From positions 3,856,313 through 3,880,312 of the forward strand of contig NZ_KE386569.1 in the NCBI RefSeq assembly GCF_000427625.1: a stretch of DNA of 24,000 nt, read 5' to 3'. This DNA is from Methylobacter luteus IMV-B-3098 (GTDB lineage: Bacteria; Pseudomonadota; Gammaproteobacteria; Methylococcales; Methylomonadaceae). Made by a program: the position numbers and the translations under genes. The stretch's first letter is position 1. Every line of letters starts with the position of its first letter. Positions 8,966 to 18,114 of this stretch are shown in pieces. The notes under the pieces were generated by a model that was given only the letters and a program-made list of their open reading frames with translations, did no database searches and was not told the origin of the DNA.

Positions 8966-10843
8966 GTGGACCCTCGATTACTAAAATACTACAACCGTGA
9001 GTTGCAGCACATCCGCGAAATGGGCGGCGAATTTGCGCGCGAATTTCCTAAAATTGCCGGCCGGCTGGGCCTGGACGAATTCGAATGCGCGGACCCCTAC
9101 GTCGAGCGTCTGCTGGAAGGATTCGCTTTCATGGCGGCGCGCGTCCAGCTCAAGGTCGATGCGGAATTTCCTCGCTTTACCCAACACCTGCTGGAAATGG
9201 TCTACCCGCATTATCTGGCGCCTACGCCGTCCATGACGGTCGTGCAATTTCAGCCCGACTTGTCGGAAGGGGCGCTCAACGAGGGCTTTCCGATTCCCAG
9301 GGAGACCTCTCTGCGCAGCCAGATCGGCAAGGGCGAGCAGACAGCCTGCGAATACCGTACCGCGCACGATCTGACCTTGTGGCCTCTGGAACTGGTGGAA
9401 GCAGAATATCTGGCCGGCGCCGGCGCCGTCGCCAACCTCGGCGCGCCGAGCCTGCCCGGTCTGAAAGCCGGCATCCGGCTGCGCCTGAGAACAACGGCGG
9501 GGCTGAAATTCAACCAGATCGCACTCAACAATCTGTCGCTCTATTTGCGCGGCGTCGGCGAACTGCCCATGCAGGTTTACGAGCAGATGCTGGCCAATAC
9601 GATTGCCGTGGTTGTGCAATCCACCCAACGACCTGCCGCCTGGCAACACGTCATCAGGGACGCGGCCGTCCGGCCGCTGGGATTTGAAGACAGTCAGGCG
9701 CTGCTGCCTTATGTCCCGCGTTCCTTCCAGGGCTACCGGTTGCTGCAGGAGTATTTCGCATTCCCCGAGCGCTTCATGTTCGTCGAGTTGACGCAGTTGC
9801 AGGAAGCCGTGCGGCAATGCGGCGACAGCGAGCTGGATATTATCATCCTGCTGAACCGCGGCAATCCGCAACTGATCAATTCAGTCGACGCGTCGCGCTT
9901 TGCCTTATTCTGCACGCCGGCCGTCAATATCTTCCCGAAACGAACCGACCGGATCCATTTGACGAACCAGACCGCCGAATACCATGTCGTTCCAGACCGG
10001 ACCCGGCCTCTGGATTACGAGGTCTATCGGGTGACCGAAGTGATGGGGTTTGGCAGCACCGCCGATGACAAGCAGGAATTTCTGCCTTTCTATCAAGCCA
10101 ATGCCGACGCCAGCCACAAGCATAGGCGAGCATACTATACGTTGATCCGGTCGCCGCGCGTCATCTCGTCCAAACAGCGGCAGTATGGCCCGCGCTCCAG
10201 TTATACGGGCAATGAAATCTATATCTCGCTGGTTGACGCCAATGAGGCGCCTTTTAACAGCGATCTGAGACAACTCGGTCTTGCCACGCTATGCACGAAC
10301 CGCGACTTGCCGCTGCAATTGCCTATCGGCGTCGGCGCGACCGATTTTACGATTCAGACCGGCGCTCCGGTTCAATCGATACGCTGTCTATCGGGCCCGA
10401 CCAGGCCGCGTCCTTCCAATGCGCATAAGGATACGGCCTGGAAACTGATCAGCCATCTGTCCCTGAACTATTTGACGATCGTCGATAACAACGAAAAGGA
10501 AGGCGCCATGGCGTTACGGAATCTGTTGTCGCTGTATGGCGAAAACAGCGACCCGGGCTTTCGCAAACAGATAGAGGGCGTGCTGTCGATTCAATCCAGG
10601 TCCATCGTCCGGCGCATCAATACCAAAGGGCCGATCGTGTTCGGACGCGGACTGGAAGTGTCGATCAATGTCGATGAAGCCGCCTTTGAAGGCAGCGGCG
10701 TATTTTTGCTGGGCACTGTGCTGGAGCAATTCTTTGCCCAGTACGTGTCTATCAACTCATTTACGGAAACGGTGTTGAAAACCAGCGACCGGGGCGAGGT
10801 AATGCGATGGCCGACGAGAATCGGACAGCGTCACATCATCTAG
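8966..10843 (+). CDS. tssF: TssF (ImpG/VasA) baseplate protein
   Basis: GTG start 2 nt after the tssE stop, with SD agggg upstream. The N-terminus YYNRELQHIREMGGEFAREFPKIAGRLG is typical of TssF. 625 aa. Confidence 0.92.
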   Translation: MDPRLLKYYNRELQHIREMGGEFAREFPKIAGRLGLDEFECADPYVERLLEGFAFMAARVQLKVDAEFPRFTQHLLEMVYPHYLAPTPSMTVVQFQPDLSEGALNEGFPIPRETSLRSQIGKGEQTACEYRTAHDLTLWPLELVEAEYLAGAGAVANLGAPSLPGLKAGIRLRLRTTAGLKFNQIALNNLSLYLRGVGELPMQVYEQMLANTIAVVVQSTQRPAAWQHVIRDAAVRPLGFEDSQALLPYVPRSFQGYRLLQEYFAFPERFMFVELTQLQEAVRQCGDSELDIIILLNRGNPQLINSVDASRFALFCTPAVNIFPKRTDRIHLTNQTAEYHVVPDRTRPLDYEVYRVTEVMGFGSTADDKQEFLPFYQANADASHKHRRAYYTLIRSPRVISSKQRQYGPRSSYTGNEIYISLVDANEAPFNSDLRQLGLATLCTNRDLPLQLPIGVGATDFTIQTGAPVQSIRCLSGPTRPRPSNAHKDTAWKLISHLSLNYLTIVDNNEKEGAMALRNLLSLYGENSDPGFRKQIEGVLSIQSRSIVRRINTKGPIVFGRGLEVSINVDEAAFEGSGVFLLGTVLEQFFAQYVSINSFTETVLKTSDRGEVMRWPTRIGQRHII

Positions 10844-11847
10844 AAGAGTCGCTAAGGAAAGAGCCGTATAAATACGGTTTTTTCCAGTTGATGCGCCTTC
10901 TGGAGTGCGCCTATCAGGATAAGCCCCGGCTGGGACGTTCGGCCCGGCCCGTCGATGATCCGGTCAGGCTGGGACAGGAGGTCTCGCTGACGTTCGAATC
11001 GTCCACGCTCAGTTCATTCACGCCAGGCAAGAACGGGCTCCCGCCGCGCCTGACCGGACGCTTTTTGGGCCTGTTCGGCGCCAATGGACCGCTGCCTCTG
11101 CACCTGACCGAATACGTTCGCGAAAGGATTCATCATTACCGCGATCACACGCTGGCGCGTTTCGCCGATATGTTCCATCACCGCATGATGTGTCTGTTTT
11201 ATCGCGCCTGGGCCGATACGGAACCGGCGGTTAACTTTGACCGGCCTGAATCCGACCGGTTTGCCGGCTATGTCGGTTCGCTGGCCGGACTGGGCCTGGA
11301 ATCCCTGCACGAGCGCGACGACATGCCCGACTTGGCCAAGCTCTATTACGCCGGTTATCTGTCGTGCCAGGCCAAACATGCCGAAGGGCTGAGGGCCATG
11401 CTGGCGGACTACTTCAGATTGCCCGTGAACATCGAGGAATTTGTCGGCGAATGGCTGGATATCCAGGCTTCCGATTTGACGCGACTGGGCGAGACGCCGC
11501 GAACCGGCGAGCTGGGCGTGTCGGCAATCCTGGGATCACGGGTCTGGGCATGCCAGCATAAATTCCGAATCCGCCTGGGGCCGTTGAGTCTGGCGGAATA
11601 TCAGAGTCTGTTGCCGACCGGCTATCGGATCGGGCAGCTGATTGCGGTAGTACGCAATTACATAGGCGATGAACTGGTCTGGGATGTCAATCTGGTTCTG
11701 AAAAGAGAACAAGTACCCGGCACCCGGCTGGATGGGCAAACGGGGTTGGGCTGGACCAGCTGGCTGGGCGACCGGCATGAGAGTGCCGATGCTGATGATT
11801 TGATGCTGAATCCTTTATGGAACGGCCTGACCGCAACGCAAGCATAA
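10807..11847 (+). CDS. tssG: TssG (ImpH/VasB) baseplate protein
   Basis: 346 aa with the EPYKYGFFQLMRLLE motif. It overlaps the tssF 3' end by 37 nt, which suggests translational coupling, and has SD gaggt upstream. Confidence 0.9.
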   Translation: MADENRTASHHLEESLRKEPYKYGFFQLMRLLECAYQDKPRLGRSARPVDDPVRLGQEVSLTFESSTLSSFTPGKNGLPPRLTGRFLGLFGANGPLPLHLTEYVRERIHHYRDHTLARFADMFHHRMMCLFYRAWADTEPAVNFDRPESDRFAGYVGSLAGLGLESLHERDDMPDLAKLYYAGYLSCQAKHAEGLRAMLADYFRLPVNIEEFVGEWLDIQASDLTRLGETPRTGELGVSAILGSRVWACQHKFRIRLGPLSLAEYQSLLPTGYRIGQLIAVVRNYIGDELVWDVNLVLKREQVPGTRLDGQTGLGWTSWLGDRHESADADDLMLNPLWNGLTATQA

Positions 11848-11875
11848 TAAAAAACAAAGTTCAATAGGGGGGAAA

Positions 11876-14614
11876 ATGACCGACATCAGTCGCGTGGCCC
11901 TGTTCGGAAAGCTGAACAGCGTATGTTACAAAGCAATAGAAGGCGCTACCGTATTTTGCAAAATGCGCGGCAATCCTTATGTGGAACTGGTGCATTGGCT
12001 GCACCAGATTCTACAGTTGCAGGATTCCGATCTGCATAAAATCATCCGTCAGTTCAATCTCGACCCGTCCCGGCTGGCCAAGGACTTTACCGATGCGCTG
12101 GACCGGCTGCCCAGAGGCTCCACATCCATTTCCGATCTGTCTTCGCACGTTGAGGAAGCCGTCGAGCGCGGCTGGGTTTTCGGCACGCTGATGTTTGGTG
12201 AATCGCAAGTCCGCTCGGGCCATCTGGTCGTCGGCATCCTGAAAACCAAGGGACTGACGCATGGCCTGCAAAGCATCTCCAGGGAATTCGACAAGATCAG
12301 GCCCGATACACTGACCGAGCGCTTTGCCGAAATCGTCAGCGGCTCGCCGGAAGAAGGCCTGCATGCCAGCGACGGCTTTCAGGTCGGCGGCGGCGCTGTG
12401 CCGGGCGAGGCCAGCGGCGCCATGTCGCCGGCGCAGATGGGCAGGCAGGAAGCGCTGAAACAGTTTACGGTCGATCTGACTGAACAGGCGCGGCAAGGCA
12501 AAATGGACCCGATCGTCGGGCGCGACGAGGAAATCCGCCAGGTGATCGACATCCTGATGCGCCGCCGCCAGAACAACCCGATCCTGACCGGCGAGGCCGG
12601 CGTCGGCAAGACCGCCGTGGTCGAAGGCTTCGCCCAGAAAATCGTCGCCGGCGACGTGCCGCCGTCCTTGCGCGATGTGTCGCTGCGCACGCTCGATGTC
12701 GGCCTGCTACAGGCCGGCGCCAGCATGAAGGGCGAGTTCGAAAACCGCCTGCGCCAGGTCATAGAAGAAGTTCAGTCATCGGAAAAGCCGATCATCCTGT
12801 TCATCGATGAAGCCCATACGCTGGTCGGCGCCGGCGGCGCGGCCGGCACCGGCGATGCGGCCAACCTGTTGAAACCGGCACTGGCGCGCGGCACCTTGCG
12901 TACGGTGGCCGCAACGACCTGGGCCGAATACAAGAAACATATCGAAAAAGACCCGGCCCTGACGCGCCGGTTCCAGGTCGTGCAGGTCCATGAACCGAGC
13001 GAGGAAAAAGCCATTCTGATGATGCGCGGCGTGGCTTCGGTCATGGAAAAGCATCATCAGGTGCAGGTGCTCGATGAAGCGCTGGAAGCGGCGGTCAGGC
13101 TGTCGCACCGCTACATTCCGGCCCGCCAGCTGCCGGATAAGTCAGTCAGCCTGCTCGATACGGCATCGGCCCGCGTCGCAATCAGCCAGCATGCCGTACC
13201 GGCCGAGGTGGACGACTGCCGCAAACGCATCGCGGCGCTGGAAACCGAGCTGGCCATCATCGGCCGTGAAAAAGCGGTCGGCATCGATATCAAAGACCGC
13301 GAAACGATTGCGGCTGAAAAGCTCGGCGCGGAAAAAGAGCGCCTGGGCAAACTGGAAGAACGCTGGAATGCCGAGCGCGAACTGGTCAGGAACATACTCG
13401 ACATCCGCAAGCAGCTGCGCGATCAGACCGGCAAAGTGGAAGGCACGGACAGCCCGCTTGAAAAAGCCGCCGACCGGGACCAGATCGCCGAAGCCGGCTC
13501 CACCCCTATCACGGCCGATGTCCCGCGCGCACAGTTGCTGGAGGAACTGAAAGCCTTGCAGGCCAAACTGCACGAACTGCAAGGCGAGACGCCGCTGATT
13601 CTGCCCAGCGTCGATGCGCAGGCCGTCGCGTCCGTGGTCGGCGACTGGACCGGCATCCCGGTCGGCCGCATGGTCAAGAATGAAATCGAAACCATCCTGA
13701 ACCTGGCCGATAACCTGGAACAGCGCATCATCGGCCAGCGCCATGCGCTGGACATGATCGCCAGACGCATCCAGACCTCGCGCGCCGGCCTGGACAATCC
13801 CAGCAAGCCCATCGGCGTCTTCATGCTGGCCGGCACTTCCGGCGTCGGCAAAACCGAAACGGCGCTGGCCTTGGCCGAGGCGCTGTACGGCGGCGAGCAG
13901 AACGTCATCACGATCAACATGAGCGAATACCAGGAAGCGCATACCGTGTCGACCTTGAAAGGCGCGCCTCCGGGCTACGTCGGCTACGGCGAAGGCGGCG
14001 TCCTGACCGAAGCGGTGCGCCGCCGTCCCTACAGCGTCGTGTTACTGGACGAAGTCGAAAAAGCCCATCCCGACGTGCATGAGATTTTCTTCCAGGTCTT
14101 CGACAAGGGCTGGATGGAAGACGGCGAGGGCAGGGTTATCGATTTCAAGAATACGCTGATCCTGCTGACCACGAACGCGGGCACGGACATGATCATGAAC
14201 CTGTGCAAGGACCCCGAACTCATGCCGGAACCAGAAGGCATCGCCAAAGCCTTGCGCGAGCCGCTGCTGAAAGTGTTCCCGCCGGCCTTGCTCGGACGCG
14301 TCGTCGTGATTCCTTACTATCCGCTCAGCGACGGAATGATCGCGGCGATTGCGCGGCTGCAGCTGGGCCGCATCGGAAAACGCATCGCCGAAAGCCATAA
14401 AGTGCCTTTTACTTACGATGATGACGTGGTCAAGCTCATCGCCGAGCGCTGCACGGAGCTGGAAAGCGGCGGCCGAATGATCGACGCGATTTTGACCAAC
14501 ACGGTGCTGCCGACCATCAGCCAGGAATTCCTGCACCGCATGATGGAAGGCAAGCCGATCGAGCGCGTGCATATCAGCGCGCAGGATGGCGAGTTTGGGT
14601 ATGGATTTGAGTGA
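11876..14614 (+). CDS. clpV: ClpV (TssH) AAA+ sheath-recycling ATPase
   Basis: 912 aa with a Clp N-domain, two Walker A motifs (GEAGVGKT and GTSGVGKT), and a coiled-coil middle region. An SD gggggg lies upstream. Its position after tssG is canonical. Confidence 0.93.
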   Translation: MTDISRVALFGKLNSVCYKAIEGATVFCKMRGNPYVELVHWLHQILQLQDSDLHKIIRQFNLDPSRLAKDFTDALDRLPRGSTSISDLSSHVEEAVERGWVFGTLMFGESQVRSGHLVVGILKTKGLTHGLQSISREFDKIRPDTLTERFAEIVSGSPEEGLHASDGFQVGGGAVPGEASGAMSPAQMGRQEALKQFTVDLTEQARQGKMDPIVGRDEEIRQVIDILMRRRQNNPILTGEAGVGKTAVVEGFAQKIVAGDVPPSLRDVSLRTLDVGLLQAGASMKGEFENRLRQVIEEVQSSEKPIILFIDEAHTLVGAGGAAGTGDAANLLKPALARGTLRTVAATTWAEYKKHIEKDPALTRRFQVVQVHEPSEEKAILMMRGVASVMEKHHQVQVLDEALEAAVRLSHRYIPARQLPDKSVSLLDTASARVAISQHAVPAEVDDCRKRIAALETELAIIGREKAVGIDIKDRETIAAEKLGAEKERLGKLEERWNAERELVRNILDIRKQLRDQTGKVEGTDSPLEKAADRDQIAEAGSTPITADVPRAQLLEELKALQAKLHELQGETPLILPSVDAQAVASVVGDWTGIPVGRMVKNEIETILNLADNLEQRIIGQRHALDMIARRIQTSRAGLDNPSKPIGVFMLAGTSGVGKTETALALAEALYGGEQNVITINMSEYQEAHTVSTLKGAPPGYVGYGEGGVLTEAVRRRPYSVVLLDEVEKAHPDVHEIFFQVFDKGWMEDGEGRVIDFKNTLILLTTNAGTDMIMNLCKDPELMPEPEGIAKALREPLLKVFPPALLGRVVVIPYYPLSDGMIAAIARLQLGRIGKRIAESHKVPFTYDDDVVKLIAERCTELESGGRMIDAILTNTVLPTISQEFLHRMMEGKPIERVHISAQDGEFGYGFE
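14251..14614 (+). repeat. Copy A (intact, inside clpV) of a ~360-nt direct repeat; copy B is at 16486-16840
   Basis: By hand alignment it is colinear with 16486-16840, with about 20 substitutions, one 11-nt indel and one 2-nt indel. The homology ends exactly at the stop codon. Confidence 0.9.
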
Positions 14615-14738
14615 AACCGAGAATGGTGGATGGAAAATGTTCTACTATCAGACCTGTTATATCAGGGTTATGGCATCTTCCAGACGCTTTCAAGCTTCGT
14701 ACTATTTACGATGTAAATGAATCCGTTAGGCATAAAAC

Positions 14739-15767
14739 ATGAAGATTTTTACTGAAGCATATAAAAAAGCGCAAGAAGTCATTGAAAAGAAAGAGTTTTC
14801 AGGCCCTGAATGGCAAAAGTTCCTGAAAGAGGAAGCGAAAATCAAAGGCTTGTTTGGACCGGATGGGTTTAGTACCGCTCATTTTAAAACGCCCGATAAA
14901 ATAAGGAAGAAAATAAATTCCGAGTCAACCAATGCATTGGTCAGATTTATAATTGGCGGCAAAAAAAGCGGTGACGTTGTTTATGAGGCAGCCAATAACA
15001 CGAATGATCTGGCCGGACTGAATGACAGAGCCGCCACACTGAAATTCGTCAAGCATTTATATAGAGCCCAAAAACGGGGTGGGCAGGATGTCTGGATTTA
15101 TTCGCCTCCGAAACAGCACACAGGATGGATTTTTGATGAGATCGCGGGGGGAAAGGAAACGGTTATAGCCAGGCTAAACATGGAAGAAGAACTGTTTTCG
15201 GACACTGACATGAAGAATATGTGCTCGGCACTTTCCCTGGCATTGAAAATATCCGAAGACACCAAAATAAAGCTCGCGGATAAAAGTGACAGCACAAAAA
15301 AAATTATCTGGCGTTGGTTCATGGATCAGGATTGCGGCGAAAAGGAACTCAACGGCGCCATCGCTAAATTGAGCGATGGATTCAAAAAGATTACCGATTG
15401 CTGCAACTCAAACACGCTGGTTTTTACCGATTATCCTGACTGGCGTACCCGTAGAAACACGCTTATGGGCGGCGCGATACCGGGTGGCGAGGGAGGCGGA
15501 TTTCCGATTATTTACATAGAAGGGGCCTTTACCGACCTGGCCAACCGGAGTGGAAATCTTTGGACCTGCGCCCGAACCATTATCCATGAGTTTTCTCATC
15601 ATGAGATCAAAACCAAGGATCATAAGTACAGGCATCAAGGATTAAAACCGGACAAGGCGAAATTGCCCTATGCAAAAGCCATCGATAATGCCGATAGCTG
15701 GGCCTGTTTTGCCGTGGATCTGGCCGGCTATATGCCGGAGTCTGACCGGAACAGTTTTCTTAAATAA
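14739..15767 (+). CDS. Aspzincin/M35-like zinc metallopeptidase-domain protein; candidate T6SS effector
   Basis: Three motifs are present: HEFSH (HExxH, nt 15585-15599), TKDHKY 4 residues later (matches the aspzincin GTxDxxYG third-ligand motif, nt 15612-15629), and NADSWACFA near the C-terminus (resembles the M35 NADSY motif). There is no signal peptide. The gene is AT-rich and is the first gene after clpV. Confidence 0.6.
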   Translation: MKIFTEAYKKAQEVIEKKEFSGPEWQKFLKEEAKIKGLFGPDGFSTAHFKTPDKIRKKINSESTNALVRFIIGGKKSGDVVYEAANNTNDLAGLNDRAATLKFVKHLYRAQKRGGQDVWIYSPPKQHTGWIFDEIAGGKETVIARLNMEEELFSDTDMKNMCSALSLALKISEDTKIKLADKSDSTKKIIWRWFMDQDCGEKELNGAIAKLSDGFKKITDCCNSNTLVFTDYPDWRTRRNTLMGGAIPGGEGGGFPIIYIEGAFTDLANRSGNLWTCARTIIHEFSHHEIKTKDHKYRHQGLKPDKAKLPYAKAIDNADSWACFAVDLAGYMPESDRNSFLK

Positions 15768-15877
15768 CGGGTGCTGCGCAGTCAGTCGAATCCGGCGATC
15801 CTGCCGATTGGCCGCACCCGAGGGCGAGTGACTTTCTTTTTTAACAGCACGTGCAGGCTGGGTTGGAGCTTTAGCGG

Positions 15878-15911
15878 AAACCCGGCATAGAGGGGCTCGA
15901 ATGCCGGGTTT
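15878..15911 (+). terminator. Perfect 11-bp hairpin (possible terminator or REP-like element) in a GC-rich spacer
   Basis: aaacccggcat (15878-15888) pairs with atgccgggttt (15901-15911) around a 12-nt loop. The T-tract is only short. A second 7-bp hairpin, gcgccgg/ccggcgc, lies at 15935-15951. Confidence 0.35.
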
Positions 15912-16001
15912 GTCAACACGACCTACTGTTAAAAGCGCCGGTGCCCGGCGCGGCAAACGGGATAAAAACCGCCCGTGCGTAACATCAGTTAAGTAATTTA
16001 C

Positions 16002-16481
16002 ATGGAAATTTTTTTGTTTTTTTATCGACATTCTTTAGTGCGCGCTCTGCTTGTGGCAGTAACGCTTTTTATTTTCCTGTATGGACAGGTGAAATATGCG
16101 TGCGCGCAACCAGATGTGGAAACAAGCCTGAATAATTCAGAAGAGGTTAAGGGTATGATGCAAGCTGATAGAATTCCACCCGCGGAAGTAGCGCCTGTCG
16201 TAATAGACGGCATGCGATACGAGGTTGTCCATTGGGGGAAGGAACGGGGTTTGGAGCAGAATGGGGGCTATATCGCTGCAATTGACGTTGCCAGCGGGCA
16301 GGAGCGTTGGCTATTAAAAATTTACGATGTCCAATACGATCCCGTGATGGAAGAGGATGTACAGGATATCTTTATTAAATCCATGACCAAGCCTTTTTTC
16401 AGCAAAAAGTTGAAAATCGTTGATGAGCTTGGCCGAAAGTATATTGTGGATACCACCGATCGATCTATACAACTGGAGTGA
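16002..16481 (+). CDS. Small secreted/periplasmic protein of unknown function; candidate immunity protein
   Basis: It has a hydrophobic N-terminus and an AxA-type cleavage context (LFIFLYGQVKYACA|QPD). There is no SD at the ATG at 16002; the in-frame GTG at 16038 (giving MRALLVAVTLFIF...) is an alternative start. No family was recognised. The stop lies 4 nt before the clpV remnant. Confidence 0.55.
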   Translation: MEIFLFFYRHSLVRALLVAVTLFIFLYGQVKYACAQPDVETSLNNSEEVKGMMQADRIPPAEVAPVVIDGMRYEVVHWGKERGLEQNGGYIAAIDVASGQERWLLKIYDVQYDPVMEEDVQDIFIKSMTKPFFSKKLKIVDELGRKYIVDTTDRSIQLE

Positions 16482-16485
16482 CAGG

Positions 16486-16840
16486 CTTGCGCGAGCCGCT
16501 GCTGGAAGTGTTCCCGCCGGCCTTGCTCGGACGCGTCGTCGTATCCGCTCAGCGACGGGATGATCGCGGCGATTGCGCGGCTGCAGCTGAGCCGCATCGG
16601 AAAACGCATCGCCGAAAGCCATAAAGTGCCGTTTACTTACGATGACGACGTGGTCAAGCTCATCGCCGAGCGCTGCACGGAGCTGGAAAGCGGGGCGGCC
16701 GCATGATCGACGCGATTCTGACCAATACGGTCCTGCCGGCCATCAGCCAGGAATTCCTGCACTGCATGATGGAAGGCAAGCCGGTTGAGCGCGTGCACGT
16801 CAGCGTACAGGACGGAGAGTTTGGGTATGGGTTTGAATAA
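16486..16840 (+). pseudogene. Displaced, frameshifted fragment of the clpV 3' end (corresponds to the last ~120 codons)
   Basis: It aligns to 14251-14614. An 11-nt deletion after 16542 removes gattccttact (clpV 14308-14318). A 2-nt insertion lies within 16691-16703. In the clpV frame a stop is reached at 16622-16624. There is no upstream coding sequence or start. The fragment ends at taa 16838-16840, equivalent to the clpV stop. Confidence 0.9.
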
Positions 16841-17054
16841 ATTCATTCTATTAAAAACGTTATAGGATGATGATATGCCACTGCAAAAATACAAGACCTG
16901 AGCTTTTAGCTCCCCAAAGTCGGTGGGCAGACAGCGCTGCCCATCTTACACGGCTTTAGGTAAGCTCCTCTATGCGGGGATAGCCGGGGTTGATGCACTC
17001 TTCCCACTGTATCATTGGGAGCGTGGTGTCTTAATTAGATAAGGAATTATAAAA

Positions 17055-18014
17055 ATGGTATGGCACGTTAATGATATAGATTCTGCGGTAGCAAACTCGC
17101 AGCCCCTGGTATGTTATCAACAACATGGTCAATACTTTATTGATCCAGCATGGGCGGGCGGAGGCAATAACCCCTTTACGTTAAACCCTGATCAATACAC
17201 AGTAGTATTGATAGCGAAAGTAAATGGCGTATTCTTTGGACGATTCTTAAACAATGGATTGCCTCGCACAATTAGTGAGCCTACCAAACCAATTAATCCT
17301 TCACTAAAGCCTGAACTAGGCATAACGAAGACATCGAAGCAAGCAATTGAAAGAGCAGAAGAAAAAAAGTTAAAGGCTATCAGGCAGTACAAAAAAGATC
17401 AGGTAAGTTACGAAAAGAATTTGAAAAATTATAATAATTATCTTGTACAAGTAAATGCTCAGACTTTTAATCATAGCCATGGCAGCGGGACACATGCGGA
17501 GGATGCTTTTCTTAGCGCTTGGGACGCTGCGGTTAAAAAAGGAACCATCGGTCAGCTAAAGGAACGGTGTAACAACAAGCTCTATGTCACAATCAAATTA
17601 TCGAAATCTCCATGCCAAGTTTGTGCTCCAAAACTCATTGCATTCAAGAAAAAGAGCAACGATATTTTTCTCCGTATTAAGACTCAAGCGATTTATGAAG
17701 GTGACGGGGGTATAAATGTTAATACCTTAGAAATAAAAAAGATGATAGGTGAAGGAATAGCGGTTCGTAGCTGGCATATTCCGTTCCATAGCAATAAACA
17801 TCAAAAAAATGGTGCTAAAACGAAATCGGGTATGCTACATGAACTCTCCGGCTGGGCATTCGATGAGGATGACGCATTTCACAAGTTGTTGCTTGAAGAT
17901 TTAAACATAAAGAAGGCTAAATTCGATAATAAAATGGCAAAGGGTGCAAGTTCCTATGCGCCAGAGAATCTAGAGCAAAGATATAAAGAGCTATCAAGAA
18001 ATTATAAAGGGTGA
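17055..18014 (+). CDS. Zinc-dependent deaminase-superfamily protein (HAE...PCxxC); candidate nucleic-acid deaminase toxin/T6SS effector
   Basis: H147-A-E149 (nt 17493-17501) sits in GTHAEDAFLSAW. P186-C-Q-V-C190 (nt 17610-17624) sits in NKLYVTIKLSKSPCQVCAPKLIAF. The beta-strand-then-PCxxC-helix context matches TadA and AID/APOBEC-type cores, with 36 residues between the motifs. SD aagga lies upstream, and the gene is about one-third GC by spot count. Confidence 0.7.
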   Translation: MVWHVNDIDSAVANSQPLVCYQQHGQYFIDPAWAGGGNNPFTLNPDQYTVVLIAKVNGVFFGRFLNNGLPRTISEPTKPINPSLKPELGITKTSKQAIERAEEKKLKAIRQYKKDQVSYEKNLKNYNNYLVQVNAQTFNHSHGSGTHAEDAFLSAWDAAVKKGTIGQLKERCNNKLYVTIKLSKSPCQVCAPKLIAFKKKSNDIFLRIKTQAIYEGDGGINVNTLEIKKMIGEGIAVRSWHIPFHSNKHQKNGAKTKSGMLHELSGWAFDEDDAFHKLLLEDLNIKKAKFDNKMAKGASSYAPENLEQRYKELSRNYKG

Positions 18015-18114
18015 CTATCAGAAAGCAGGCCCTGTATTTTGCATTTTATGTTTTTTGGCCAAAACTTAAACTGATCCTGTTGATTTGATTATTTTGATTA
18101 TTATTAAGTAAACA

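Noticed and set aside
422-14572. Many long antisense or out-of-frame ORFs inside the T6SS core genes, for example 422-1288(-), 8981-9871(-), 9085-9687(+), 12011-12496(-), 13142-13942(-) and 14042-14572(-).
   Set aside because: They fully overlap strongly supported genes. Their Arg/Ala/Gly-rich low-complexity translations are typical of GC-rich antisense frames, and they have no SD sequences or recognisable motifs.
15642-16031. A 129-aa minus-strand ORF spanning the GC-rich spacer.
   Set aside because: It overlaps the 3' end of the peptidase gene and the 5' end of the signal-peptide gene. Its translation is Arg/Pro-rich with no features, so it is more likely a GC-composition artefact.
16314-16894. 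Minus-strand ORFs 16314-16622, 16322-16609 and 16637-16894.
   Set aside because: Their translations mirror the spurious antisense ORF of clpV (14042-14572). They are by-products of the duplicated clpV 3' fragment, not genes.
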